Shown: piece by piece, positions 1 to 11,790 of the stretch | How the letters are laid out: each line of letters opens with the position of its first letter | How positions within the stretch are numbered: the stretch's first letter is position 1 | From: Yuukianura sp. NJ FZ-2021 | Lineage: Eukaryota | DNA: 64,000 bases | Reading direction: 5' to 3' | NCBI GenBank assembly: GCA_046563655.1 | Contig: CM102288.1 | Span: 434,001 to 498,000 of the forward strand | Made by a program: the position numbers and the translations under genes | Notes under the pieces: generated by a model | What the model was told of the DNA's origin: nothing | What the model saw: only the letters and a program-made list of their open reading frames with translations | Database searches by the model: none

Positions 1-973
1 CAAAGGAAGAAGGTCAAAGGTCAGCTAAGACAGATTACTCTAAAAGTCCAACTATAATAGGATAAATTCCTTCTAGGAGACTTACATGTGAACTTGAGGT
101 TTACTTTGACAAGACCGGAACTGTTGTGCTCCTCTTCAGAGATTCAATTGTGTAAAGGAAGAAAGCTTTTGGTCTTTGGGTTCTCATTGGAAGGAAACAT
201 ACAAAATGCATTAGAAACTCAATTCCCGTAAGACTTCAATGGAAGCTGGATACGGAAGACATTTTAAGGTTAGGTTGAAACCTAATGGGTTCTGCAGTAT
301 ACTGTGCCAAATTAGGTTTTTGAGCCCCCGGAGGCTCTACACTGATTTTTAAAACAGGAAAATTAGGTTGGAGGAAGGAAAAGAAGAGAAAGCTTTTCAT
401 TTTCTCTTACTTTAAAAAATTGTTTAAAAGAAAATAAGAAGGAAGGAAACCATTTGCCATTGCTAATGATTGTGTTCCGGGAACGCCGTGCTTCTTAGCC
501 TTAACTCAACCTAGCATTTGTTAGGGTATGTGAATGTTAGGTTTTGGTTTGAGTGGGATTGACGCTTTAAAAGGAACTTGACTTTTAATGAAGAATGAGA
601 AAGGCTTGGAGGCATTGAATGACGCAGAGGGGAAAAACAATGGAAATTCAATTTCAAATTTTGGAGAAAGTGGGCTGCTGGAGTCAGTTAATGAAAAATT
701 CAGCGACGTGAGTTATGCATGCTGCTGCTTTGGGCTCTGCTTTGAGTTAACATGAATTGAAAGAGATTGACACTGGAGAAAGTTAGAGTTATGCTCAAGT
801 TAGGGTGAGGCTATTTCTGAACATTTGGTCAACAACAATTTCGTCAAAACAAAACGTTTCGTAGAGTTGAATAGGTTATGTTTACATGATGGGTTTGGTT
901 TGTGTTATGTTTTGGTAAAATTGAGTAGTAGGATGGGACGTGTGGTCTAATTTCAATGTTTTTGTGTGTACAG

Positions 974-1159
974 AAGTCGTGTAACGACGAAGGAGGGCTG
1001 GAAGGTCTGGATCGTCTCCAGGGAAAAGCGAAGACCAATTTTGTGAAATTCGTTTGTCAGTGGCTCAAAGACGCTGAATCGCTTCCTGTAGGCAGCTCCA
1101 GTGCAAATGCAGAGAAAAGAACCCAGTTGGCTACTTATATCAACAACTTACATTTTTAA
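974..1159 (+). CDS. Probable terminal coding exon of an unidentified upstream gene (KSCNDEGG...TYINNLHF*)
   Basis: Pyrimidine-rich acceptor tttttgtgtgtacag ends at 973. It is followed by a 61-codon protein-like open frame ending in TAA, then AT-rich 3' UTR-like sequence to ~1500. Family not recognised. Confidence 0.45.
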   Translation, partial: KSCNDEGGLEGLDRLQGKAKTNFVKFVCQWLKDAESLPVGSSSANAEKRTQLATYINNLHF

Positions 1160-1789
1160 CAAGTCCAGTTTACTACATTTCATTTTTCAAAAAAGTACTT
1201 TTCCAGTGTTTACTTTAAAAGCAAAGTTGTTGAGCAATTTGTTGTAGAAAATTGTTCGTGTTACTTTCTTTTTACTTTAGAAAGAGAAAGTTTAGGTAAA
1301 AAAAGTTAGGATGTGGAAATTTGTTAGGTGAAAGTTAAGGCTTAGCTGGAGAAAGACTAAAGTAAGTTGATTTCTCTGGAGACAAAGTCAATTCTCTAGA
1401 TAGCTTCATTAGATTTCACTTGAAATGTAATAGTTTATTTATATTTTAATATTTGATGTATTTTTAATATGATTTATTATAAAAATGTAAGATTTAATTT
1501 GGATTTGGAATGGATTCCCAGTTGAGTAGCGGAAATGAAAAGCCTTTCTAATCTTAATTAACTTCGTGTTTTCTGAAGAAGGAAACTGCGGAAATTGAAT
1601 GTCAAAACTGCGAGGATATCCTCGTCATGCTTTTTAGTAAAACTAGAATTAGAATTGCAACAAAAAAGTTGACGAGCGTGAACAGTTCATAATAGCTCTT
1701 TTTCGTCTTTGAAACGATCACTTTGTAATAGTGTTCGCCGTGTGAACGTTTATTACGCGAAAAATTGCTTTTTTTTTCATTTTCATTTC

Positions 1790-1893
1790 ATCATAGCGGA
1801 AACTAACACGTTTTGAAAAAAAAATCTTCTACGTAATTCGGAGCGACGCGGGAGAACTTTGAAGAAACTCAGAAGTGAAAACTTAGAACTTTG
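1790..1893 (+). other. Candidate non-coding first exon, possibly a distal Rbfox1 promoter exon
   Basis: CpG-containing segment ending in a consensus donor ttg|GTAAGT (1894-1899). Downstream sequence keeps the G/T-rich + strand skew seen in the Rbfox introns. The start coordinate is approximate. Confidence 0.3.
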
Positions 1894-3230
1894 GTAAGTT
1901 CTTTGAAACTGAAAAATTCTTTTGAAGGTTGATTTTTTGGAAAAGAGAAAGTTTATTGGACTGAAGGCACCATTAGCACAAGAGATTGATTGAAAGGCTT
2001 TTCAGTTTTTATTTTGAAAAGTTGGGTAGATTTTTTTTTTCCAAAAAAAAAGACAGATCCTTGAAAAGTCTATTTTTGAATCTGGTGCTCTCCTACTACC
2101 TACCCTAAGAATAATATCGATTTCCTGAAAGAGTTTGTAACAGCACGGAACGAGAGTGGAATTATTTTGGTCCAAAATGGACTGTTACTTTGCACTTTCC
2201 CTTCAAATTCACAATCGGACTTTCTACTTTCACTAGCGTAAAAACTTTTCCCAAATTTCGGAATATTCTGTGGACATTTAAGTGGTTGATTAAACATTTA
2301 TTTGGTCAACAGACAAAAGTCACACGCAAAATTTCGATATAAAGATTCTTTTAACGAAATTATGTAACACCGTAAACGTAACTCCCAAAATCTGCTGTTG
2401 TTTAGATAAAGTTTCTTTGGATTATCTATGTAACGTATAACTTTTTCATATTTTCTTTCGGATTTTTTTGCATTAGATTTTTTGAAATTTGATTTTTTGA
2501 ATTTTTGAGTTTACAGTATGCATTTGTTGAATAGATTTTCGATTTATACAAACTTTTTCGGATTAGAATTTTTCAATTTTGACTCCAGATTTTGAATTTT
2601 ACTTGTTTTTTTTATAGGTTGCAATTCTTTTCCAAAGATTTGTATTTTTTTTGGCCAGATTTTAAATATTTTTGGAGCAGTTAGTTACTTATTGGAGTTG
2701 AGCGGTTTGCTGTTGACCTAGTTGCCGTAGACGAAGTTGGTTAAGAGAAAGTTGTGTGCAGTGAGGCGAAAGTGGACTTGGAAAATCCTAGGGTGGAACC
2801 TTGGGTTTTAGCGGAAGCTTATCGTCAAACTTTGACTCTGACGAGGCTGAGGGAGGCCTTGAACAAAATGACTGCGCCGGAGAAAGTCAAACTTCTTAAG
2901 CCTAACTGCCTTTTTGAATTAGTGAAGTTAAGGGCCCAGGGGCCCTTCCGACGCCTTCCCCCGCTGATATGTAACTTTCAAATTTATTTTTTCTTCAATA
3001 TTTTCTTGTCCAAAATAACTCTTGCCAAAGTTAACTTAAACTTTCTTATTCATTTTTAGCCTTTTTTATATTTTCTATAAGAAAGTTTTCTTTTTTCTCT
3101 GAGATTGTGTGATCCTCAGGGAAAGCCAAGAGAAAACAATTTTGAAGAGAGTTTTATTTTTCAAAATCCGAATTTTTTTGAAAGTTGTGCCTAAAGTTTT
3201 TTTGGGAGGCCCTTCAAGGGTCCGTCCAGC

Positions 3231-4270
3231 TTAACGGAACAACCCACCTCTGTTGTCTTCTTCTTCCTGTTGCCTGCGGCGTTCTTCCCAGTATCGGTCG
3301 TCTTCTTCTCGTTGGCGCTCTTCCTCTCGTTCCCGTTCCTCCTCCTCTTCACGTTCCCGCCGTTCACGTTCCTCGCGTTCCCGTTTCTCCTGTTCCTCTT
3401 TTTCCCGTTGTTGTTCGTCAACTGGATTATTCTGAGGAGGCGCAGGCGCAGGCACAGGAGTTGGTTGTACTGCCTCTCCCATGACTTTGGCACAGGACGC
3501 ACCGCAGTTAGCCAGCATGTAACCAGGGTTCACTTTGCATTCTCCAGCGTCAGCCCAGCCAGCACAAGCCGCATTCTTGTCAGCTAGTTACAAAAATTGT
3601 TATGTTTTGTTTTCAGATTTGGTAAGGTAGGCTATGATTTTTCTGTGTGCAGACCTTGACCACCAGCATGCCTTGCGCAGGCTTCTGCGCAATGATATTG
3701 CATGTACCCCGGGCTTTTTGTGCATTCCCCAACCGCAGCCCAACCATCACACGTCGTATCCTGTCGTCGTGCTTCCTCCCGTCGTCGCTTTTCCTCTTCT
3801 TCCTTCTCTTCACGTTCCCGTTCCTGCCGCTCACGTTCCTCGCGTTCCCGTTTCTCCTGTTCCTCTTTTTCCCGTTGTTGTTCGTCAAGTGGATTATTAT
3901 GAGCAGGCGCAGGAGTCGGATGTACTGCCCCTCCCATGACTTTGGCACAGGACGCACCGCAGTTAGCTAGCATGTAACCAGGGTTCACTTTGCATTCTCC
4001 AGCCTCGGCCCAGCCAACACAAGCCGCATTCTTGTCAGCTGTTTTCAAAAATTGTTAGGTTCTCTTTTGAATGCAACGTTCATATTTTGCTGTTTCCTGA
4101 CCTTGCCCTCCGGAATGTCGTCTGCAGGCTTGCGTACAATGCGAAAGCATGTAACCCGGGTTGTTGCCGCACTCTCCTTTGGATGCCCAGTCATCACAGT
4201 GAGGACTGTCGTCGGCTAGCCCTAGGTTGACAACTGCCACCAGGCAAAAAACGTACAGCAAGAGATTCAT
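3231..4270 (-). CDS. Secreted multi-ShKT-like domain protein with Glu/Arg-rich charged helices (~301 aa, 3 exons)
   Basis: Exons 4270-4102, 4038-3655 and 3583-3231 are joined by phase-1 GT-AG introns (63 and 71 nt) into one open frame. Signal peptide MNLLLYVFCLVAVVNLGLA, four C-x2-WA-x2-GEC-x2-(N/S)PGYM-x3-C-x3-C ShKT-like units, and two Pro-linker plus ER/K-rich segments. Confidence 0.85.
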
Positions 4271-4345
4271 AACGTTGACTTTTCGGTTAGGTTCAACTAA
4301 AACTTAGAAACTTACGATTAGTTCCGCCAAGGTGAAACTCGGGAC

Positions 4346-4355
4346 TATTTATATA
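4346..4355 (-). promoter_or_regulatory. TATA box of the ShKT-domain gene
   Basis: TATATAAATA on the minus strand, about 75 nt upstream of the ATG at 4270. Confidence 0.55.
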
Positions 4356-5858
4356 CATCACAGCAGAAGAACAAAGTTAATTAACTTATTGTGGTTTTTT
4401 AGTTCCAAAAACAACTTCCAAAGTCGGGATCTATTCAGGAAGTAATAACCTCTCGCATCTTAAATAGTCCAATTAATTGAATAAGCTATAACTAATTAAG
4501 TATTTTGGAAATTAAGTCTTCCTGAATCTTCGTTCCCGCAAATCGTGGTTTTGTGGGTCGCATTTTGTCTTTATTTGTGGTATGATACTGCTTTTGAATT
4601 TTTGGAGGTCAAAGAGGTCATAGTGTTTCTGGTATACCAAAAAGACATTTTGGGTGTGGTCATAAGAAATTTAAAGGAGAAAGTGGCCAATTTGTTACAT
4701 TGGTTGTTGTCATGGTTTCGGAGTCCTAAGCTCCTTATAACATAAAGAATAAGGTTCAAGTTTCCATAACTTTCTTCTTACTTTCACTATTCCCACGAGG
4801 TTAGAACACAATGGACGTCCTTGGACAGAAACACGAGTCGTTTGACGGGAAAGAAATGAAAGAAAAACTATGTTTTTCTACACTTCTTAAAATTCTTTCA
4901 ATTTTTTCTGATTTTCCACCAGTTTTTCAAAGGTTTTACAATAATAATGATGAGGATTTGATTACCGGAGTCATGCGTTTGAGGTTGTGCCAATTTGAAA
5001 CGTTAAGGTTACAAAATGACAGGCTTAGTTGAACTAGACTTGCCAAATCTGGATTTAAGTAGCGCGTCCTTTGTGGATTGTTGAATTTTGTTATCAGGTT
5101 TTGGCAGAAGTTAAGTTACTTGGATCTCTTTCTTCTCGTTTTTTGTGGGATTGTGTGTACGAAAGGTTTGAAAAAACGAATTTTGCTTGGTCTTCGAGTG
5201 GAAGCGGGAGAAAGTCGAAAAAAAAATTGCCCATCAAGTTGTGCTTTACGAAATCCTTCCATTCATTCCCGTTTTTTTCTGGGAAAATAAGAAAAACTAA
5301 GAAAACAACAACAAAAGGCTGACTGACTTTGAGGAGGAAAAGCTTTTCAGCTTAAAGCTGATCGATAAACATCATTAAACCTAGTAAATAATTTGGAACA
5401 GTTTGTACCAAAAAAAATCTTTTGATCACGAACGAAATCATGGTTTTAAGGTTTGTTTTTGTTTAAAAAAGTCGAAATTTTGTGAATTTTTGAAATACTA
5501 AATTTAACTAAGCGGATGACTTTTCTGTAGCGTCTGACGCTTTCTAGAAGAGTTACAAAAATATGAGACTTTGACATGCCCCTTCGTTTTGGTACTGTTC
5601 TATTTGTCATGTTTGACAAATTAACGGGAGAAGGAGCAGCTGTTTGATCAAGTTATTGCAAATTTAACAACATGCAAACTGATCAACTAGAAATGTTATG
5701 CGTTTTTACCATTTGAAAAAGAAAATTAGGGTGAATTGGGGGATGCTTGGCTGGGGCCCTACGCTCGGGCGCTGTGGGTTACCTCTAAAAGCCATGTCAT
5801 ACATCGGCAACGTATTTCACACTCATAGATTCGATAGGAATACGGGCGGTATAAAAGT

Positions 5859-6446
5859 AAACTGTTTTTGAGCGAAAACGTTTCTGGGTGAAGGCAAATG
5901 TAATAAAAAACGTTTTTGAGTGAGGGAAAGTGTAATAGACAAACGTTTTTGAGTGTAGACAAGTGTAACAGGAAAACGTTTTTGAGTGAGTGCAAGTGTA
6001 ATTGAAAAACGTTTTTGAGTGTAGACAAGTGTAATAGGAAAACGTTTTTGAGCGGGGGCAAGTGTAATAGTAAAACGTTTTTGAGTGGAGGCAAGTGTAA
6101 TAGAAAAACGTTTTTGAGTGTGTGCAAGTGTAATTGAAAAACGTTTTTGAGTGGGAGGCAAGTGTAATAGAAAAACGTTTTTGAGTGTGGACAAGTGTAA
6201 TAGAAAAACGTTTTCGAGTGGCAGCAAGTGTAACAGAAGAAACGTTTTTCAGTGCGGGCAAGTCTTATAAGAAACGTTTCTCAGTGCTCATAAGTGGAAC
6301 AGGAAAACGTTTGAGCGAGGGTAAGTGTAATAGACTAACGTTTTTGAGTGTGTGCAAGTGTATTATGTAATAAGAAAACCGAGCGGGGACCGTTTAGTAA
6401 GAAAACGTTTTCGTGAGGAGGGCAGTCGTGAGAAAAACGTTTTCGT
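5859..6446. repeat. 33-bp tandem minisatellite (~16 copies), consensus AAAAACGTTTTTGAGTG-n4-CAAGTGTAATAG
   Basis: Directly visible tandem units, each with the palindrome AAAAACGTTTTT and a variable 4-5 nt core. Units degenerate towards both ends. The array explains the three overlapping minus-strand ORFs in the ORF track. Confidence 0.95.
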
Positions 6447-6659
6447 TATCAGGTGTTAGGGAAGTGCCGACATTTGGCGAACATTTCCACAGTGTTTTTT
6501 GTGTCTCCCTCTTTTTCCAGTCTCCCCTCTCTCATCGCTGGCTCGTGGAAGTGTAAAAGTGTAGTAGGTCTGTCAAACTCTTGCGAGAAGTGGGCTCTCT
6601 CAGTCGGGTCGATTCTTCTCTCCTAGTCCTTCTCAACCGAAACACCGAAAAAGATATCC

Positions 6660-7275
6660 TCAATTGGATCCTTCACCAGTTCAGCTACAGTGTGACCAGT
6701 TTGTGGTTGTGTTTTCAAGATTAGTTTGAGACAGAAGTGACTCAATTTGAAAAGTGGTTTTTGGATGGACATTTGTGTGAAAGTGCTGAATTGGGAACAT
6801 CCGAACACCAGCAGAGACGGTAAATTGCATTTTGACTTGGAAGACAGTGACTCTGGTGTACTTTCAGTGTCATTTAGTATTGCCACCCTCACCTAACTTA
6901 AAAGTGGAAGGAAGTTGGGAGACTAATTGCTAAATTGTGAACTGGTTCGCTTGTAATCTACTTTGGATTGATTCTGCTAGTGTTCCAGAGGAATGACAGT
7001 AAGGAACAGGATTGAGGAACAGAATTTAGGAAGATCTTGTGAATTTAGAGATCTTGTGAATCTATTTTAAGAGAAGAAGAGGAGTCAACTTGTTCCTTTT
7101 AACTTTTATCGATCTTCAAGTGTTATCATGTCACCAGAGGATAAGAGTTCCAGGGAGATGAAACTGACCCACCCTCACCAAGGAGATGACGATTCCAATG
7201 ATGAGGTATTCTAGATGTACTTCTGAACTCTTTTCATTCCATTCTCTGTTTAATTACCGATCGAATTCTGTGTAC
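6660..7275. repeat. Degenerate ~600-bp duplicated segment, copy 1
   Basis: Shares colinear blocks with 11165-11790, e.g. gtggtttttggatggacatttgtg, actttggattgattctgctagtgtt, aacttttatcgatcttcaagt, catgtcaccagaggataagagttcc. Confidence 0.9.
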
Positions 7276-9406
7276 TTTGATTGCTCTTATTTCATAATCG
7301 AGAAATAAGCTATCAGAATTTTGATTCCGTTGAATGATGGGGTTTCCAAAGGATCAAAAGGCAGACAAAATCTTATTTCAGATTTTTTTCTTTCTTTTTT
7401 CCACTTCGTTTTCTGGTCTTCGTCTAAGAAAAAGTTCGTAAGAATCAATTTATTTTGGCTGGAGAAAAAAGAGGGGATTTTTTGTTCGTTTTGCTCGAAT
7501 TTCGATTTTGTGAGAGAAGAGTGAAGAGAGACCTTGAGTGAAAGAAAATTTTTAGTCTTTGGAATCGAAGATTTTCACTCTACTTTCTCTAAACTTTTCG
7601 TTTTCACTAGACGACTTTTTACTTAAGTCTGTGTGTGTCTAGCTGCTGTAGCTTTAGGGAATAGAGCTCATTTTTCTTAGACAGTTCTAGTAGGAGAGGA
7701 TTTTTTAAAAGCCAATTTATACTTTTTATTCTACTAGAAGATGGAGAGACAGGATTTTGTTCAAGTTTTTACGAAAAGTCAGAGTCTGTCCTTCCACTTT
7801 CAAATGAAATCTGGCGTTTTCGATTTTAGAGTTTGCCTTTGGTATTGCCAAATTCTTTTTGCAGTAAATCGTTAAAATGGCTGTGCAGAATGAATTGCAA
7901 AAATCATGATGTAAATTATGGTTTCTGCAACAAAAATACTTTGAGAGGTTTTTTATGAAAAACCAAAAAGAACCTTGTATCAAAAGTTTTCAAATTTTGT
8001 TTTTCTTGTCTATCCTTGGATGATCTAAAATTGACTCAAAGTTGGATGTATCCTTTTTACTTTTTTTACGCTAGTTTCCTCCAGTACGCAGATCAGTTTC
8101 AACATTTGGTGTTTTGAAAGTTCAGTTTTTGATTCCAGAAATTTCGTGTTCAAAAATATCCAGAGAAAGCAGGCTATAAGAAAATCTGAAATTCAAATAT
8201 TTTGTTTGTTAAATTCCAAAATCAGGAACCAAGCCTATGCTGCAATGTTTTATTCTGCTAAACTTAAAATATGAAAATCATCCAGATTTTTTTTAAAGAA
8301 GAAAGTTCGACACAAATTCCAAAGTCTCGAATTTAATATTTATGAAGAGATTAGTTCTTAAAATAGATTTTTTTCTTCCACTGTGTAATAGTACTACTAC
8401 GTCTATGCAAATTTCGTGCGTTTTCAGAGAGTCTCTTGTGCTATGATGACAGTATTTTTTCATCATCATCGTGTAGTTTTGTCCTTGTCAAACTCACTTC
8501 CTCTTGTTGTCATTTTCCTTTTAGTTAGTACTTCTTCTGGGTTTCATCTATTGACGCTTGAGGTCAAATTAAGAAAGATGAAGGGGGTTCCTTGGCAAAG
8601 AAGAATTTAACGCATTGTTAGTCTTTTTATCATCACTTTATTCTGGTCATTAATGTCCTTGCTGCTTAGCAACCAACTTAAAACCCATTACTCTTCACTT
8701 CAAATTCATAACTATGGGACAGACAGGAACAGAATTACAAAATTTTGAAGCAAGACGAAAAAAAAATCGAGGAAGATGAACAAGAATTTTCCAGCTCGTT
8801 TCTCTTTCTCCCGTTTTTTTATGTACTTGGAGTAGGGTAGGCCTGTGCAAAAATTGTACAAAAACGATGAACTTTTTTTTTTAGAATTGGTGAAATGATG
8901 CCTTGCATGTGAAGAGGATTTTTTTTTGTAAAGTCAGGAAGGAGATGGAGGAGATTAAGAGAGATATGACGAATGAATTATTCAGGACATGGGAGAGCTA
9001 CTCGAGATGTGAATGATGTCCACGTACTTTCTTCGGCTACTCCTTTCTCTTCCTATAAAATTTCCTTTCTTTTTTCTTTTGAAATTTGGGCCTTTCACTC
9101 TTTATCGTCCAAAAATTTAGAAGATGTTGGAATTGTTTGGAACAGGAGGCAGAGGGGGAGAGATCCACTTCCAGCAGCCTCCTTCTCACCACTTTCTCTC
9201 CCTTTCGTTAGATTTCCTCCTATGTTAGGTTAGGTTTCCTATGTACTTTTATGTTAGAGCACAGAGCAGTCCTCGCTGTATTATAAATACCCGTTATGGA
9301 GAAAGCGGTCGATAGAAATGTGCTTTTTAGAACGGAGGGAGATTGCTTTTGAGCGGCAGCAGTGGCAATGGTTCCCGTTTTAGAAGAGAACATGGCCCCG
9401 TTTTAG

Positions 9407-9490
9407 CTGTTCAAGTGCTGGATGCTGCTGTTCCAGTGCTAGATGCTGCTGTTCCAGTGCTAGATGCTGCTGGTCGTGTGCTAGATGCTA
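9407..9490. repeat. 21-bp tandem repeat (~4 copies of GCTGTTCCAGTGCTAGATGCT)
   Basis: Directly visible tandem units. Confidence 0.85.
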
Positions 9491-11164
9491 AGACTCGATT
9501 TTGATTCTTGAACTACTAAAAATTCTGAACAGACTTTCACAAAGGGCTCCACTTTCCCCGCTCTCAAGAGGGTGAAATGGATTTAATTGGTGGGACTTGG
9601 GTATTGTGTGAGTAGCTAAACTGGATTTGGATTTTGGATTGAACGCAGGCGCAAAGGGAATGTCACCAGAAAAAACTATGGCGAAGTTTAACACAAAATG
9701 TTTTTTTTTCCATTTCTTTGGTTTTGGTGTTGTGAGGGATTTAAGTTTCCTTTGAATCTTTTTTCGGTGTCACGGATTAGGTTTCGCTTTGATCTTCGAA
9801 TTTTTCGTGGCGTTTTTGGAGGCGGTGATTTAAAAAAAAAACGAAGTCTATGGTGACAGTTTTCCGGAATTTTTGAAGGTTATAAAAATTTTGAGGCGAT
9901 GATTTGAAAAAGTGACGTTTAGTGGTATTTCATAACCGTGAAAGTTTAAAAATCAGAAGTAGAATGTTTTGAACAAAATTTAAAATCTAATGTCGTTTTG
10001 GTGAAAGAAATGAAGTAGTTTTGGAGGTTGGAAATGTGTTTTGCATGTTCCGGATTTGTCGAGGCGTTTGGATTGGCCAGGTTTATAGGGAGAAAGCGTT
10101 CTGCGTCTTTTTTATTAGTTCTAAATGTGTTTTTGGCCTGACTCGTGCAGTTTCTTTCCAAAGTCGTTCATGATGGCTTCGATCAGTTAGTTGTGAAATG
10201 ACCTAGTTGAAAGACTTATTTGAAAAGGCCAACACTAGGAAATGAAGGACCAAAGTTACTGTTTAGTAAGAAAACTTCATTTAACTTGTCGTTGAGAGAG
10301 CAATGAGACGAAATGAAAGAACAACATTTTGGAAAATGTAAATAGTAGTAAAAACTTTGGTTTATGTTTCTCTATTTTTGAAGGGAGTTTTGCAAGGAAT
10401 TGCAGTTTTTGGCTCAGGGCGATGCCTACTGCTGTTCGATTTGTTTCTTGAGCTGAGCTTTGGCCCACGTCGTCACGGAATGCCAAAGTCCCTCTTTTCA
10501 TGTTCGTGTCATGTCACTTCGTCGAGAGGGGTTGACGTGTTCCAAGGCTATTTTGGCACGCGTGCACTTTTCAAGACTTCATTTGACTGTTTCACAGTTT
10601 ATGTTTTAATGTTGACTAATTGGGATTTAGGCAGAAACGGGATTTAGAGGAGCTGAGAGAGGAAAGTGCTAAAATCTGATTACGAATTTACGGGGAACCA
10701 TTTTTAGAGAAATTGAAATTGGTTTAAAAGGTTTTTATTAGAGTAGACGAAGCAGAAACCCATTTTGTGACAATTTAAAAAAAAAGTGAGGAAAATGGAC
10801 AAAAAACTGACACAAGTTGTCACTTTGCGTTAGTGCTTTTTAAATTCTGGGAGAAAGTGGAGTTTGGACAGGAAAATGGATGGTTTAGATTTATTATCGA
10901 AAAAGTGATTTTTTTTATGAAAATGTGATGAAGATGTCCACCGAGAAATTCATAGTCAAACGTTTGCGTTTAAAAACAATATTTTTAAGCATGAGTTAGA
11001 TAGTACAACAAAGCAGTTTTAAGAGAAAACTGTTGTTATTTATCTCTTGAGACACAGACAACGTGAATGTTCAATTTCAATTTATTCTGAAAGTTTCCTG
11101 CATCAGCAGGTTATTACACTTCAGTTAGGTTAGGTTAGGTTGTTGGAAGTGAAAGTGCGAAAAT

Positions 11165-11790
11165 GTCAAATGGATCTTGCTAAACTTAAAAGTATTTCTG
11201 GTGGCTGGATTTTGTAAGTTGTGGTTTGAACATAAATTGAGAGAGAGGTGACATAAATTTGGAAAGTGGTTTTTGGATGGACATTTGTGGGAAAAGCATG
11301 TGTGGGAAAGTGTTGAATTGGGAACATCCGAAGAGCAGAGGGGGGTAATTGCATTTTGGTAGCCTAGGAGACTACTCCCCTGTTTTTTCAGTGTCATTTA
11401 GTGCTGCGAGCCTAACCTAACGTAAGGGGAGGGAAGATGGAGAGACTAATTGCTAAATTCTGAACTGGTTGTCTTGTAATCCACTTTGGATTGATTCTGC
11501 TAGTGTTGCAGAAGAAATTAGAGTTCTGCTCAGGAATAGGATTGAGGAAGGAAGAGATCTTGGGGATCTATTTTAAGAGAAGAAAAAGAGTCGACTTGTT
11601 CCTTGTAACTTTTATCGATCTTCAAGTCTCGTCATGTCACCAGAGGATAAGAGTTCCTGGGGAATTGAAACTGAGCCACCCTTATACAGATCACGATTCC
11701 AATGATATCTCCAGATATACTTCCAAAGTATCTTACACATCCTCTTCATCCCATTCTCTGTTTAATTAAGTATCAAATTCTGTCTACTCT
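11165..11790. repeat. Degenerate ~600-bp duplicated segment, copy 2
   Basis: Same-orientation diverged copy of 6660-7275. Confidence 0.9.

Noticed and set aside
2754..3059. 101-aa + strand ORF with a protein-like first half
   Set aside because: GTG start just after an in-frame stop, no convincing acceptor, no recognisable domain, and it runs into low-complexity sequence.
3185..3970. Several + strand and alternative-frame ORFs over the ShKT gene
   Set aside because: Antisense or off-frame shadows of the repetitive Glu/Arg-coding sequence.
5759..6261. Three overlapping minus-strand ORFs of 122-154 aa
   Set aside because: By-products of a stop-free 33-bp repeat; one 34-bp unit shifts the frames without consequence.
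5859..6446. CRISPR-like array (palindromic repeats with variable interspaces)
   Set aside because: The variable part is only 4-5 nt, units are head-to-tail, there are no cas genes, and the context is eukaryotic.
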